A stretch of 64,000 bases of DNA from the human T2T-CHM13v2.0 reference genome, Homo sapiens. The DNA is taken from the NCBI RefSeq assembly GCF_009914755.1, contig NC_060926.1; one strand, written 5' to 3'. Position numbers and translations under genes: made by a program. The notes beneath the pieces are model-generated. The model had not been told where the DNA came from, searched no databases, and was given only the letters and a program-made list of their open reading frames with translations. This document shows, in pieces, positions 16,061 to 31,789 of the stretch (positions are counted from its first letter, which is position 1; every line of letters starts with the position of its first letter).

Positions 16061-19000
16061 CTATAAAACATGTGACTAGCAGTCACTTAATGTTGGCTAG
16101 TATTATTTCCCTAATATGTTGCACATAATGGGTACCCACTTAGTGTTGGATGAATGAATGAATCCTGAGAGGCATTTGAGCTCCTTCTCAGAAGAAAATC
16201 TGACATTATTGTGGAATGTTACTCTATGGAACCCTTTTGTGGCTTGAGAAAAGCATATCCAGACAGAATGACAAAATATACATATCTTTCCAAATAAAAA
16301 TTTTCAACTCATCCTAATAGATTCCACACTTCCCCTGCTGCTTCATTTATCACTGGTTAGGGACAAATAAAAAATTTTCTTTGAAGAAAACAGAAGAAAC
16401 TCAGAGTTAGGGTGAAGAGAATGTGAAACAGGAAAAGTTTGAGTCTTTCATAGGCTTTCTTCCCATCCCAGTCAGCCTGAAAAATTGTCTCTATCAGGGA
16501 AAGAAATGAGGTGCAGAAAAAATTAAGAATGCAAGCAGAAAGTTGATTTTGGTTTTACGGGCACTTGAGCGGTATCTCAAAAAATGTAGAGGCCATTTAA
16601 AGGTACCTTCTCTTATTTATGGTTGCACTTCCCGAATGAAATATTGTCTGCATTAATCCCATCTGGAATTACAGGGCCTTTCTATGTTTGATGCCTCCAG
16701 AAACTTAGAACACAAACACCAACCAAAGAAAAATATATGGACAAACATAAATTAGACTTTTTCCCCCCACTGGGATGCATCCATGCATCATAGCTTATAA
16801 ATTTAGATTATATCTCTACTGCCATCGTGTGATAGAATGGTTTTTAGTGAAGATATCCTAAAAAGTGAGCCAAAAATTCAGAATACAAGGAGCTTTCAAG
16901 GAAAAAGGCTGTATGCTGCGTTTGCCTGCCTTCCAAGCAACGTCATGCTTTCTGATTACTCATGATCAAAGTAAAAATTGGGGAAGTGCTCTCTGTGTCC
17001 ATGCAGCAACGGATCGGGGAGGCAGAACGGAGAACACTGAAAAGAACATGGCGACAATACCCAGCTATACTTCAGTCATGTGTCATAGAAGTGTGATCCT
17101 ATTTTGCCTCACTCTAGATGTAAAACCTCTAATTTTAGAATGATATGCCTTCACCCATCCCCCAGGCCATTTATCCCCCAGCCTAGAACTCTCTGTCCCG
17201 TAATGGGTTCAGGTCATGGCAATATCACTTCTCCCACCTATATTCTCGAATGGCTTCCTCCCCACTGGACTTGGGCATCTCCGTTCACACCCATTTTTCT
17301 TTGGTTGCTTTCACCCCCGTCACATTGGAAATTTCTTCCATCACTTTGCATCACCTGGAAATCTGAGAAGTGTGCCTCCTACAACATTTTACAAATCATG
17401 GAGTCAATTTTTGACCTGACACTGAATACCGACTCCATTCATCCTCTGCCTGAATGTGCTGCTTTCATGTTTCCTCAATTTTGGCAGAACTGTAACATGT
17501 GGGAAGCTTGTCTTTGGTGCCCCTCAACGTGCTCCCTGTTTTCCTTTTCCCAAGCCCTAACCATCCATCCCAGCCTTTCACTACCCACAAAATGCCCTCT
17601 GGCTGCTCCTTCCTTCCACTCCACCTATTCTCTCTACTCCCCTTATCCCAAATCTGCCTCTCCACTCTCCTTATCAAGCCTGGTCTCAGAAATCTGTGTA
17701 AAGAAAAGAAGTTAATGTATTTCAAGCTGCTAATACAAACTGATGATGGATCCTCCATTTTGTTCCTTCCATATTTGTGTCCATCAGAGGAAAATGGACT
17801 TAAATAAAAAAAATAAGTGTCCAGTTGTATCATGGGATCATTTTAGCTGTCGCTGCAACCTCCCACCTCCACACTTTCTGATCAGATTTCTCATCCACAT
17901 CCCCTGAGTCAGTGGCAGGTGTTACCTCCTGGGAGGTGTTGCCCAGAATATGAAGAAACAGAGGCTCACTATGCTTTTGAGCTTCTAAATAAATTTTGAA
18001 AAATTGTAGCAAACGCTTGAGAGTCATGAATTTTTATTTCCAAACCTATTGGGATTCTTTTAGTTGAAAACTTAATACCTAAAGAATACAGAGCTTGAAA
18101 TGTTAGCTTCTTCAAATAAAAATGAAAATATATAAAATGCCAGGGTCCACAATGATCAAGAGGAGATTTGCCAGGGAGAATCAAAGTCAGAGAGTAGAAA
18201 AAGAAGTAGAAACTTTTCTGTGCATCTGTCAGTCCCATGCTGAGCTACCGGAGAGAAAGAGAAAGGGAAGGAGGGGACAGAAGTACCAGATACAACTGAG
18301 AAATTTAAGAACAAAGAGTCCCAATGACTTACATCCTACCAAAGTAAAAACAGCTTCCTGCACCAGCATGGTAGGACAGAAATTGAGTATAGCTTAGAGC
18401 ACGATGTGTTTTGGTATTTGGGAACTTAAGATAGAGACCCCAAAAGACATGAACAGCTTTTCATGGAGGCTTAGAAGTAGGGTGAGAGAGAACCTATGGA
18501 ACCTAGGAGACAAAGAAATGTAAATTTGAGGAACTGCAGCCCTATGACAGAGAGTGAGCATAGATATTTTAGTGGGTGTTGGTAGAAACAGAGACCAGTG
18601 ACCTAGAGCCATTAAAGCTAATAAATATCTCATCCAAGGACATTATAACCAAGGCCCAGATGACCTTTTCAAAATCTAGATACCTCATAAACCCCCCCTC
18701 TTCCATCTGCATCAAGACCCCGCATCTGGAGAAAGAGAATGAGAGGAAATCCTGAATTGATTGGGTTTATACCCGAAATAACATAGAAAACCTGAAAATG
18801 ACAGAATTTACCTGGAGATAACTAGACTAATTAGGCAGAATGGGAGCTTGAGGTAGAAACTAGGTTGTTATATACATTTTTTTTTTTTTAATGGGAAGTT
18901 GTACTTACACCGTATATCTGAGCTTGTGGTCAGAACCAGAACCATCTGAGGCATTAAGACATTCAGGAAAGCCTGACTGCAGGTTGGAAATACTGGGAGA

Positions 19001-19705
19001 GATACTAAGGTACTAAGGTAAAGGACCTTCTTAGTGTCCTTTAAAGCTTAAAGGTAGCCTACAGTGCCTGCATGCTTGGTTGATTCAGCCTCCACATCTG
19101 CCTACTTACCAGGTTTACCTGCAGAATTGCACCTGCCATACACTTTCATTCTTGCAACCTCATCAGCACAATAAAACCTCAACTAAGTGGAACACCAGGG
19201 AAATAAAAGTGTCTCACAAATTTAGCTTTCTGGTTAACTGAGGCTTATCCTGAATCTCAACACATATTGTGAAAATTATCCTGAAAATTCTAGTCTACTT
19301 CCTTCGAGTCTTCAGGGTCATCATTCTAAGCATTGTTCAGGACTTTTTCCTTTATTCTCCATGAATAGATTTCTTAGTTTCCTCAGATTTTCTGCAAACA
19401 ACAAGATTCCATGGCCACTCTCATCTGCAAATGTCTGGCTTATCTATATGTCTTTGAATAGTCACTGAAAATGGAGCACAAATTCCCAGGGTCAGTTGAT
19501 GTGAACAGGTTAAATATGGACTATCACTAAACACTGTAGTGTATTTCATTAATTCACTCCATGATCCCATGAGATTTGGGGTGACTACATCATGCTGGTG
19601 ACTGAATCCCCTAAGTCAAGTGTTCTTAACATTGAGTTCATGGATGGGCTTCAGGGACATATGAACCATTTGAATGTGGTAGGCAAAAAATGTTATACGT
19701 ATGCT

Positions 19706-19734
<29 letters not shown>
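19706..19734. repeat. (TG)14 microsatellite, inside a probable hAT-type MITE remnant
   Basis: Perfect TG run; flanks gtgttcttaac... and tcaagagggtccatgacccaaaaaag resemble a Charlie-type element. Confidence 0.9.
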
Positions 19735-19737
<3 letters not shown>

Positions 19738-22700
19738 CTTATATGGGAATATGTGTTTCATCAGTTGCTCAAGAGGGTCCATGACCCAAAAAAGTAAAAA
19801 AAAAAAAAAAAAAAAATAGTGGCCTTGTCTTTCTCACATGCTGCTGACAAGCCCAGATCTCTACTCATTTATACCTCTTAACTTAGGATTTTGAGAAGCT
19901 AGGAGAGTTTCACATCGCAAGTTGGTATACACTAGGATAAAAATGAAGGTGAAGACGTTTTTCACCTGCATTCTTTCTTGCCATCTCTCTCACTCTTCAA
20001 CCATACAATCTATATACATGCTTTAGTATCTTCACCCACATTATAAAGAAAGTTTTAGGGGAGGATAAAGAACTCTAACATATCATAAAGTACCCACTTC
20101 CTGGTAGATATCACATATAACTTACAGATTATCAGGACATCTCACCTATGACTAAACCACTGAACTGTGGTAACCACACCCACACTTAACATCTTATTCA
20201 CAAGTATATAAACATCTCTTTATGTGCCATTGTTAAAGTCCAGAAATGTTAAATCTGTGGCATTTCTGTAAGTATCCTCAGCTGAAAGGGAATGTAGAAA
20301 TTATCTATATCAATCCCTTCATTTTATTAACAGGAACAATGAGGTCTAAACTATGTCAAAGGTGACCTTAGAGCCTTCTCTTGATAATAAGCCCAGGGCT
20401 CTTTACCCTGTTCCAAGTAGTCCATTGGCCATGATTCACTGCTCCTACTGATGCATTGATCCCTATATTATCCTTATGACACTTCCAGCATATAGTTCAG
20501 ACTCCTGGACCAGACCATTAGCATTTGTGGGAGTGGGTGCATAGAAGAGAATCTCAGCTGGTTCATTTTTCCCTCCACACAGAGACTGCAATGATTGTGA
20601 AAATGTGGAAATATGTGCTTCCTATCAGAAAGGCAGGGTCCACCTTGCCACCAAGGGTAACCTGGATCTTGTGATTTTCAAATGCATGGAAAAATTCCTT
20701 TTAGTCCTCCTGCCTGGAATGTCATCATAGCCTGAAGTGCACTACCTATCCCTGACAGCAACTGACAGGTTTGCACACTGTGCGGCGACCCTGTGTCCAG
20801 CTTCTGTCAAGTTGGGCTAGCGTTGCAGTGACCAGAGGTACAGCGGGAAGACCACATGTTGAGAACTTTTCACTTCTCTCCTGTTGAGAGGAGCATTAAC
20901 ATGTACGAATGGTACCCAAGAACAGAAGAGAGAGGACAATTAGTTCTGAGGTCTCTTCATCAGGCTGACAAGCCAGAGCTGGGGCAGGAGGAAGGGAGGC
21001 AGGGGTAGCAGATAGACACTGTACTAAAACAGAGGAAAGCAGAAACCTGGGAGTGGTGTCCCTGTCCCCTTGGCTTTAACAGCCACAGCAGAGCCTCAGA
21101 CTTGGTGATCATTGCCTGCTCTCTTGCCTTTCCATTGGTGTACCTTCCTGGATATCAGCATAAAAACCCATCTGCATACCTCCACAGAGCTCCAGGAAAG
21201 GACAATAGGAAATTATTTGCAAGAGTGTTGCCAGGTCAGCGGGGACTCAGATTGAAGGTCTGGCTCTAGGACATTGGGATTATGACTTTTGGACAAAGAG
21301 GAAAGTGATGGCGGCCTAACCCACACAGAGGATCCCACTAAAGAGAGCATCCAGAAAGGCAGAGAGCACACTGCAATAGGAAAGAACTGAACTATCCAGG
21401 ACCCAAAATCAGCCACTAGTATGAGGGTAGTTCTGGGTGGTGACACAGGCTCCCATAGACAAGTTCCCTTGAAAATTTATTTGAAGTATTTTAAGAGAAG
21501 TACAATCCCTGAGATCTGTGATTAGGTATCAACTCATGTCATGTTGGTAAAAGCTCTGCAATCTCCCGTAGGGCTTCTCTCCAGGTGAAGGAGAAATGGG
21601 GTCCTGGGGGCGTGAACAGAGTCCTCTGCTGAAAGAATACACTTACAATGATTTAAAAAAATTCGGAAAAACTGCTAGCCTTTACACAGTTCCTTTCTAC
21701 CCAAAGCTACCAGCCCCCTTTGAAAGGCTCCCACCTTCTGCTGATCATTGCCTCAAAGATCTCCCCAGGCTCTTTTCCTGCCCGATCTCCTTAGGCAGCA
21801 AGCTCTAGGCTTTGCTTCCTACCCTATCTCTAAACTTTCCACCTTACTAGACACTGTGCCTGGGATGCTTCCTGCCATTCCCTTTTGCTGTACAGCACAC
21901 AGCTGCCAGCTAACCACAAGTCAGGCTGAACCCCAGGCCTCCTGTAAACCCAGCAGGGCCCTTCAGACAAGATCAAAGGAACAGGGACAGGAAACTACAG
22001 GAGCCACTGAGAAGCAATACCACTGAACAAGTGAGTGAGCCACCAGAAACCCAAGATAGACGTAAAGAGCCCTGGGAATCAAATTGTGCAAGTTATCAGA
22101 GTCAAAAACTGCAGTCATGATCAGTGGCAGCCAAGGGTATCCCAAAAATAGATAAGGCCAGGGAAAACAAGCATAGCATACAGAAGCATAGAGTACTCAT
22201 TATGTAGGGTGGTCCTGTCTGTCCAGCTAGGTCTTCAGCTGCCTGAACACACAGTCCCTACCCTTAGAATGGAGTTATCCACATTCAGTAAGTCTTAAAC
22301 ATAATTCTGATACTTAAGTACCTGTTTGGTTAAGCCAATTCAGTAATTAAAATAAATTAATCCTTAGACTTATGGATTCCAAGTAGTTACAAGCTTGACT
22401 GATTTTATTTCCAATTGTTTATGAGATGCCAGACATGTGCATGGACAAGGGCAATTAAGGAGGGCACCTATCAATCAGAATAGTCACCATGGACCTATCA
22501 AAATGTGCGCTGGCTGGTTCACTGCTCCAGTATATTCTGTCAGCTAAATACCACTCTAAGTATGGGACTCTAAAGAGATTCATCTCTTGCATGATGATTA
22601 TATATTATGAGTTATCACAACTATTTATAACAGATGCATTATATGCCAGGAATTAATAATAATTCAATAATTCCCCTTTGCCATTAATAACAATTACCAT

Positions 22701-23577
22701 AATTATTATAATAGCTATGAATTAGTAGATCTGTTATAAGTGAAATGGCAATGGATTAGTGGGCTTTAAGTGTCTTTTTTAAAGGACCAATAGGGAAAAC
22801 ATTTGGAACATAAAACCGAGGGTGAATATTTGAGAGAGTAGGGATCTGTGTGCCATATGGGAAAACATGTTACTGACTTTAAATATAGGAACTAGCTGTA
22901 ATCATTTTCATATTCTGATAAAATTCAAAGAAGCAGGAAAGTTTGCTCTTTCGTTTAATAAGACATCTCGGTGGGCATTTTGCTTGTGAAAATGGGGGCT
23001 GTCTTGTGCTGGACTGAGTGGCTAAGACAGAGGGAAGACAAACAGCTCTGAGTAATAATGGAGTACTATTTGAGTTTTTGTTTGAACAACATGACAGGCA
23101 GGGGTGGAGGCTCTGAGTACCATAATGAAGAAGGCAGAGAAATTATCTATGAGAAGAAAGCTTTAACTCACCACCCCACTAGCAGGCTGGGGCCTCAAGT
23201 GAGGTATGATCAAAGAGAGATTCCTTTTAGTGATGACCAGATGATTTGGGGAAGAGTTTGAAGATATTTCTGATCTGTGCTATAATTCTTCTTAGTAGCC
23301 CTAAGATTTCAGTCTGAGACTCTTGGTGTTTCAATGGTGGTATTAAGGAGAAGCACAGAATGGGCAGTGTGTGATGTATGCAGTGGGGACATGACCTTCC
23401 CACACACTGTCCCCCAAATACACTCTGTCACTGGGAACAGTGTCAGGATAGTAGCATCTTATTGAGGGAGGACTGTAGCTCCCAAAAGTCAGGTTATCGG
23501 TGGACAAGAGCTGAGACTTAAGATGGACCTGAGACTGATAGTGGAGAAGCAGGCTAAATGTGGATCAATTCAAGAGC

Positions 23578-24072
23578 TGTATTTGTCAGTCTTCTCCAGA
23601 GAAGCAAAGCCAGTAGCATAGATAGATATAGATATAGATATATAGCTGTATAGATAGAGAAAGAAAGAGAGATTCATTATAGAAATTGACTCATGTGATT
23701 ATGGAGTTTGAGCGGTTCCACCGTCTGCTGTCTTCAAGCTGGAGAACCAAAAAAGCCAGCAGGGTAAGTCCTGAGCTGTGTCTGAAGGCCTGAGAAGCAG
23801 GAGCACTGATGTCCAAGGGCAGGAGAAGATAGATGTCCCAGCTCAAACAAAGAGTGGGCAAATTTGCCCTTCCTTTGTCTTTCTGTTCTATTCAGGCCCT
23901 CAACAGACGGGATGATGCCCTCTCATGTCAGTGATCTTCTTTCCTCAGTCCATCAATTCAAATGCTAATCTTTTCTGAAAGCACCCTCATAGACACACCC
24001 AGAAATAATATTTACCAGTCATCCGGGCATCCCTTAGCCCAGTCAAGTTGACCCATAAAATGAACAATTACA
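23578..24072 (-). mobile_element. MLT2 (ERVL) solo LTR with internal (TAGA/TATAGA)n
   Basis: Ends tgtatttgtcagtcttctccagagaa and cccagtcaagttgacccataaaatgaacaattaca match reversed MLT2 termini. Confidence 0.85.
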
Positions 24073-25900
24073 GGAGTAGATATGAGAAGGTCCACTCTTC
24101 CTGAAATATGCTCGGAGATGGAGAATGGATTGGGAGTAAGTCAATGCTGCTGTGATGTGGACTGGGACCAGGCACTGAGAGGACACATGGGTATACACAC
24201 GTATGAGAGAGAGACTGAGAGCCCAGAGTGCCTTTGTGGTATAAGGTGGCCAAACACAAACTAAAAGTGAAATCTGACAAATGGAGGATTTCAAGTGCTT
24301 ATCAAAAGACATTCTTTCACTGAGAGGCTTTTACAGAATTCAATCATACCTAAAAATGGAAGCAAAGTAAGCACTGAAAAAAAAAAAAAAACTTCCTGCG
24401 TCCACATGATAAGATATCAGGGCTTTCCAGGAAGACTAGAAATCCTAGGCCTACAGAATACTAATGTGGACAGCAGCCATCAAAACAGCTGACAAAATCC
24501 TGGTAAGTAGCACACACCAGCTGAACACATATAAGAAAGATATGTAACAGCTTTGGACTTAAAAAAAAAAATAGACATGAAATTAAATGAAATGTCACTG
24601 GAGCATAATGTCATAACTGCAACCAAAGCTGCCTCAACTTCTCTGTCACCTGCAAGACTACTTCCTGTAGGTCTGTTGTGTAACCAACCAAAAGTAAATA
24701 AATAAACTAGGAACTGGACCTGTATATACAAGAGAAGAGAGAGTCTTTGTGTTTGTGTGTGGGTGCGCATGCACAAAAATAAAATGTAGAAGCACGTAAA
24801 TATATTTGCAAATCAGAATGTTGTTCCTGTTGGTTTTTATGTAAGTTTTTCTCCTTTATTCATTCACTCCATTAACATGTACTGAACACTCAGTAGGTGG
24901 CCGGCACTCTCCTGGGCAGCTTCTCATGTCACAATTATTTCTCAGAACTCTGCAAGGTGTACAAACCCTCTTTTTTTCAGACAGAAAAACCAAAGCTCAG
25001 TGAGATTAAGTGACTACCTACTGTTGCAGCTACTAAGCGGCTGAGGATTTAGAGCCAGGTCTCCTGATACAGGGGACGCCAACTTGCATGCAAAGGACTT
25101 TGGGCTGCAGCCTGCAGGGCAACAGTTCTCAACTTCTTTCAACTGATTCCAAATTCAAAACCCTTTCCACAGCACCAGAGCTGCCTAAGTACAAAAATTA
25201 TATATTATGTTTAAGAGCTCATTTAAGAAACATTTGTGAAATGCCATCTATGTGGCAGGCATAAATTTTAACATCAAGTTCTTATTCTCAAGTTGCTCAT
25301 AGAGAAAAACATCAGAAAAAAATAAAATAAAAATGAGCATGGTGTACTAGACTGAATAACAGAAGTGCTAGAGACAATACTGACCAAAGTCGACATGATG
25401 ACTTCAGCTCAGGGGTCAAGAGGGAAAATTAATCATTGAAAACAGTTACAGAAAAGGTGACGATTAAGTTTAGTCTTGATCGAAAGATAGGAATTTCCAA
25501 AGAGAACCCCAAAAAATATTCTAGGGAAAGGAAAAGCCTTGGCAAAGGCAGATGTGTGAAAGCTCTGGGCTGAGAGAATTGCAAGGAGTATTGCTAGGGT
25601 GAGATGTGGTCTGAGGGGTGTGACGGGGAATGAGGCCGGTGGAGCAGCTGGGGCTTAGGTAAGTGAGGAATCTGAGAGAGGTGTATTGAGACACTCTGGA
25701 TCACCTGGAGCTTGTTCTCGGATGGAGCTGAAGGCTGGAAGTAGGTGATTTCTCCCCACATAGGGGCTCACAAACCTCCTGGTAAAAAATGCTTAAACCC
25801 TGTCCCCTATTGGGGTTTGGACATGTGCAAACATGATTGATATGACCTCAAAAGACAACAGATGGAATAAAGAAGTTTATTAGTGTAAAGAAGTTTCCAG

Positions 25901-26196
25901 GGTCGGGCACGGTGGCTCACGCCTGTAATCCCAGCACTTTGGGAGGCCGAGGCGGGCGGATCACGCGGTTAGGAGATTGAGACCATCCTGGCTAACACGG
26001 TGAAACCCCGTCTCTACTAAAAATATAAAAAATTAGCCAGGCATGGTGGTGGGGGCCTGTGGTCTCAGCTACTCAGGAGGCCGAGGCAAGAGAATGGCAT
26101 GAACCCGGGAGGCGGAGCTTGCAATGAGCCGAGATCGCGCCACTGCACTCTAGCCTGGGCGACAGAGCGAGACTCCGTCTCAAAAAAAAAAAAAAA
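25901..26196 (+). mobile_element. Full-length AluY with 13-bp TSD
   Basis: AluY features ccatcctggctaacacgg, gaatggcatgaacccgggaggcggagcttgca; TSD aaagaagtttcca at 25887-25899 and 26197-26209. Confidence 0.95.
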
Positions 26197-27410
26197 AAAG
26201 AAGTTTCCATTAAGGAATGAGGAGGCTGGCTGAGTCAAACAGCGCAGCCTGAGGACCAGAGTAGAGTGGGAATCTGGACTTGGTGAGGCGGCCTCTTTCA
26301 AACCCTGTTCTAACCCAGGCCTCCAGATCAGCCTGAGCCGTGTTCATTAATTGAAAGGACTGGACCATATATTTATGAGAGTGCACAAACTATTCTGGAA
26401 GTTTGTTCAAGTAAATAAGATGGAGGAACTGGTGTTCAGGATTAGAGAGACTTGCTTTTCATTGTATCATTTCGTACTGCTGGGATTTTTTTGTTTTTAA
26501 TCACATACCTGAAGTAGTTATTCTAAAAACTTAAAACAAATTTATACTTAAAAGAAAAAGTTGTATCACTTATATCACTTACTGAAAATATTTAGGACCC
26601 AAACAACACCAGTATTGAACAATTTCTGAATAAAACAGAAGAAACACCTTTCTCAGTGCACAAGGGCCTTTCTAGGTGTTGGTTTCCTGCACTAGGTTGA
26701 TTAAAATCTCAGCAGTGGAGCAGATATTTCAGCTCCCCTGGTGAAGACAGTGTTAAGAACAGCGTTCAACTCAGAGCAGTGCTTCTGAAGCCCATCAGAG
26801 ACAGTGAGAGAGAGAGAAAGACAGAGTGTGTCTTATAGTTATTTCCAACAGGAAGCACAAGAGTTTTCTGCTGTAAAACTTTTGCATTTAGCAAGTGTCT
26901 CCAGAAAGGATCACTTTCCTTTTTAATCTGAACAAGGAAAGGGGTATTCAACACGTGCTGGGGGTGTGAGGAGGAACAATAAATGCTGCATGATGGTAGG
27001 AGGTGGAGAACATCATCAGGGGACCTCCAGGTCTGCAGGCTGCTAGGCAACATCAAGGGGAAAACAGTTCCAGCTGAGAGCAGTATCGCCTGGAGCCTGG
27101 CAGATCTGCGGGACTATAGGTCCTGCCTTAGGAAGCAACAGTAGTAAATAATATTTGAGAGTGATTTGCATGCACTTAGAAGCCCTGCTGGAGGCTCTCA
27201 GAAATGAATAGGGGAAAGTCTGGTTTGGGGGTGAGAATTATAGAGCATACAATAAAGCCAATAGGGACTCAAATAGTCACACGAATATTAACAAAACTAC
27301 ACCAGCTTCAAGGAAAAAACAATGGCTTTGCTCCTTAGGACAGTTTTTCTGCTTTTTTCCTCATTAAGAAAATGGTAGATAATTCAAGACTGGTATCTTG
27401 AATGTACGCT

Positions 27411-27688
<278 letters not shown>

Positions 27689-27881
27689 GAATGTACCTTT
27701 TTTTTTAAGTGCTATGAACCATTAATAAGTATTGGCACCTTTTTGTAATAATTAATTACCCATGGGATCTCAACAACTGATGGGAAGCACCAGGATACAA
27801 AACATCATAGTTAGAAATGACTTTTACCAGTTAGAAATGTGTTCAGCTTGAAACTGGTAATCAGAAATAAACTTGGGGATG

Positions 27882-28330
27882 TGATACAGTTTGGATATTT
27901 GTTTGAGTTTCATGTTGAAATGTGATCCCCAATGTTGGAGGTGGGACCTGGTGGGAGGTGTTGGGTCATGGAGACAGATCTTTTATGTATGACTTGATGA
28001 CTTGGTGCCATCCCCATAGTAATGAGTGAGTTCTGGCTCTGGTAGTTCACGCAAGAGCTGATTGTTTAAGAGTGTGACACCTCCCTCCCTTCTCCTTACC
28101 TCTCTATCTGTCTACCTCTTTCTCACCCTGTCTCTTACCATGTGACATGCCTGCTTCCCTTCTGCCTTTAGCCAGGAGTAAAAGTTCCCTGAGGCCCTCA
28201 CCAGAAGCAGATACCGGCACCACACTTCTTGAACAGTCTACAAAATCATGAGCCAAAATAAACCTTCTTTCTTTATAAATTACTCCACTTCCAGTATTCC
28301 TTAACAAGCAATGCAAAACAGACTAACACA
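27882..28330 (+). mobile_element. MST (MSTB-like, ERVL-MaLR) solo LTR
   Basis: tgatacagtttggatatttgt...ccccaatgttggaggtggg...gcaatgcaaaacagactaacaca; 5-bp TSD ggatg/gggtg. Confidence 0.88.
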
Positions 28331-28600
28331 GGGTGTCTATGGAAAATTCTCAAAATACTATCAGGGGATGTCTGGATTCTGCGAATTCTACCCCCTAAAT
28401 ATTTTATCTTCTATCCGTCCCTTCTCTTCTCAACCTCCAAGGCCAGCACCATTACTGCCAGCTCCATGTGACAAAAACAACCTCTCTAGAAGCTACACAT
28501 ATAAGATTTATAGTTCTTATATAATAATAAGGCCAGCACTGGCATTATGACTCACAGTAACCATGGGGATCCAGGCTCTTCCCATTCTGATTTTGTGCTC

Positions 28601-29024
28601 TATGACAGACTGGTTGCAAAATGCCCATAACCATGGCTCCCATCCTGGAACACAGGCCCATTAATCTGAGCTGGTCATGTGACTTGTTTTGACCAATAGA
28701 ATATGGCAGAGTTTCTTTGTGTGATTTCTGAGCCATATCCCTAAACAAGTCTTGCAACATCTGCCCTCACTTTTCAGCCCTGAAACAATCATGTAAGGAT
28801 GCCCTAGTCTCCTAGAGAAGGAGAAACCAGATGGAAAAAGAGGCACATACATATGATTGAAGCCATCCAGGACCAGCCACATAGATGACCCTAGGGCAAG
28901 AGGTGCAGAAGAACCACTCAGCTTAGCCCAATTCAGAAGGCAGAATTGTGAGGAAATAAATGGTAGTTGCTTCAGAATACTAAGTTTTTGATGATTTGTT
29001 GCACTGCAATAAACAAATGAAACA
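28601..29024 (+). mobile_element. MLT1 (MaLR) LTR
   Basis: gtgacttgttttgaccaatagaat and terminus aataaatggtagttgc...taagttttt...tttgttgcactgcaataaacaaatgaaaca. Confidence 0.7.
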
Positions 29025-29704
29025 CCATCCTTTGTGTTTTTCTTCTATTCTCACGACCAGCAAGATGGCTGCCACATCAAAATCATGTCCCAGGGAAAAG
29101 AAAGAAGGATAAAGGACAAAAGGTTAATGCCAGTCAAGTCTATCCTCTTTAAAGCACTTTCTATCAGCGCCACCCAGTAATTTCTGCATATAACTTGTTG
29201 TTGAGTATTGGGCCACATGCTATAAAGGAGTCTGAGGAAGTGAATGGGGCACACTACCACCTGAAAAAAGTTGGGAGGTGGATATTCAGTAGGTATCTAG
29301 CAATGAGTACCAGATCAGATCACTGCTATTGGCAAAAAGAGAACTCCCTGAAGGGCTTGTGCATGGAAATAATGCGATCAGAGCTGCATTTCAGAAGGGT
29401 ATGTCTAGAAGATGAATGAAGGAGAGATCAGAGGGGGCCAGATCAGAGACAGAGAGATCAGTTAGGAGGTTGACATATCAGTCTCGGCAAAAGATGAAGA
29501 TCTAACTAAGGCTGTGACAATGGGAATGGAGAGAAGAGGATGTTTGAGGGGGAGCTTCAAACTTGTTTGATGTGAGGAGTAAGGAAGTTTCTATCTGGCT
29601 GGGGTGAGTCAGTGAATGGCAGAGCTAAAATTATCAAGATTAATAATACAAAAGGAGAACCCTGTCTGGAAGAAAGACAAGGAGTTCAGTGTATTACAAA
29701 CACA

Positions 29705-30359
29705 GAGTTGATTCTTGTTATTTACAGTAACTATATTCTGTAGTCACTGTGAACGCTGCATTGTGAATACTGAACCATTGCTCCTGAAGCAAATACAGGG
29801 ATAGGTTCTGAGAAGCCTCTAGTCAAAATATTTTCCATCAACTCATCAATACATAACATTGTGTTATGTGTGTTTTTGTTTAAAGGCATCTTGTTTAATA
29901 TAGACTGTTGATTCATTAACATTGAATTCACAGCCAGCCTCACTATAACTCATGCCTGAATGAAGCTTATCTAACATATGTATTTTCTCCATAAGGCACA
30001 TCACAGCCTCCTAGTGCTTAGAAACACTAGACAGCACTTCAGCACTATGATTGGGGGCCATTTTAAATAGTGAAATAACCAAAGAAAAGCATAAAAATGC
30101 AAAAAAGAAAAAAGTGGCACTCGATGGACCACAAAAAGAGCATTTACTTACAGTGTGAGAGCTGAAACACGAAGTCAGAGCATTACTTTGTTCAGCCTTA
30201 GCTGGGAATGTGCTATCAGGTGACTCAAGCTTTTCATCACTCTATGCATGGCCACAAATGACCACAAAAGCATCTTACATATTGATTTGGGGATTACAAA
30301 TAAATTTTACCTAGTAGGTACATTCCCAATTGCAAAATTTGCAAATAATGAGGACTGAG
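29705..30359 (-). mobile_element. MER82-like TcMar-Tigger DNA transposon
   Basis: About 650 bp bounded by degenerate inverted ends agttgattcttgttatttac / gcaaataatgaggactga. Confidence 0.75.
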
Positions 30360-30444
30360 CATTTAACTTAAGCTGCCCACGGGATCTCCAAAAAGCAATC
30401 GAATATACCAGTCTGGAGGCAGGAGAGAGATGTAAATTAGATGG

Positions 30445-31040
30445 GTAACACCTCTGCCCAAAGCCCAGCAATGCTTCCCTGTCACTATGAGCAACAGCCA
30501 AAGTCCTTGTCACAGCTCATAGGACCCTAAGATAATCTACTCACCCCACATTTCCATTTGATCTCATTTCCTACTTTTCTTCCTTGGCTTCCTTGTCGTG
30601 TCCTTGAACACGTCAAGAATACAACTCAAGGAATTTGCACTGTAGTTCCCTCCAAGTGGATGTTCTCCCCACAGAGAACTGCACAGTTTACCCCCTTGGC
30701 TCCTTCAGAGTACTCAAATGCTGTCATCTCAATGAAATCTACCCAGACTGCCCTATCTATACTTGCAAACATCCCCCCTGCCCGAGATGTACGCAGTCCT
30801 TCCAATACTGCCCATCCTGCTTTGCATTTCCTTTTTTCTTATAATGTACTACATAATTTTCTTATTTTGATTATTATGTATTGTCTTCCCCCATTCCCAC
30901 CCAGCTACCAGACTGCAAGCTCTATGAAAGCAGTGATCTTAGTATGATCTGTTCAGTCTTATATCTCCAGAACCTAGAATAGTGGTGGGCATATTCCAGG
31001 TTCTCAGAAATACTTGTTAAATGAATGAATAAATGAATGG
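30445..31040 (+). mobile_element. L2 3' portion
   Basis: gactgcaagctctatgaaagcag...ccagaacctagaatagt... ending in (GAAT)n. Confidence 0.75.
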
Positions 31041-31253
31041 AGGAATTATGAATTGGGCATATAGAACACACTTAATCTACACATAAATACAGGCAAGAGC
31101 ACTCACAGCGAGTAAACTGAGACGGTGGTCGAGGACAGAACCCCTGGCAATGCCATGCGAAAAAATGAAACAGGAACAATGAGCCAAGAAAGGAAGCAGC
31201 ATGGAGAAAGGGACCGAGAGTGAGATTCAAAGCCAAGGGAATGGGGGTTTTCA

Positions 31254-31643
<390 letters not shown>

Positions 31644-31789
31644 TTATCCATTTATGTAAAAAAAAATTGCTGCACATCTTCTATGTACCAGGCATTGTGG
31701 GCACGGGAACAAGCCATGGAAAGAGCAGGACTCTAATGACAACGTCAATGCTCCACCCAGGACCCCGGGGTTCACTTTCTGCCATTTTT

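Noticed and set aside
17104-17715. 203-aa ORF in apparently unique DNA
   Set aside because: TTG start, Pro/Ser/Leu bias explained by pyrimidine-rich DNA, no recognisable homology
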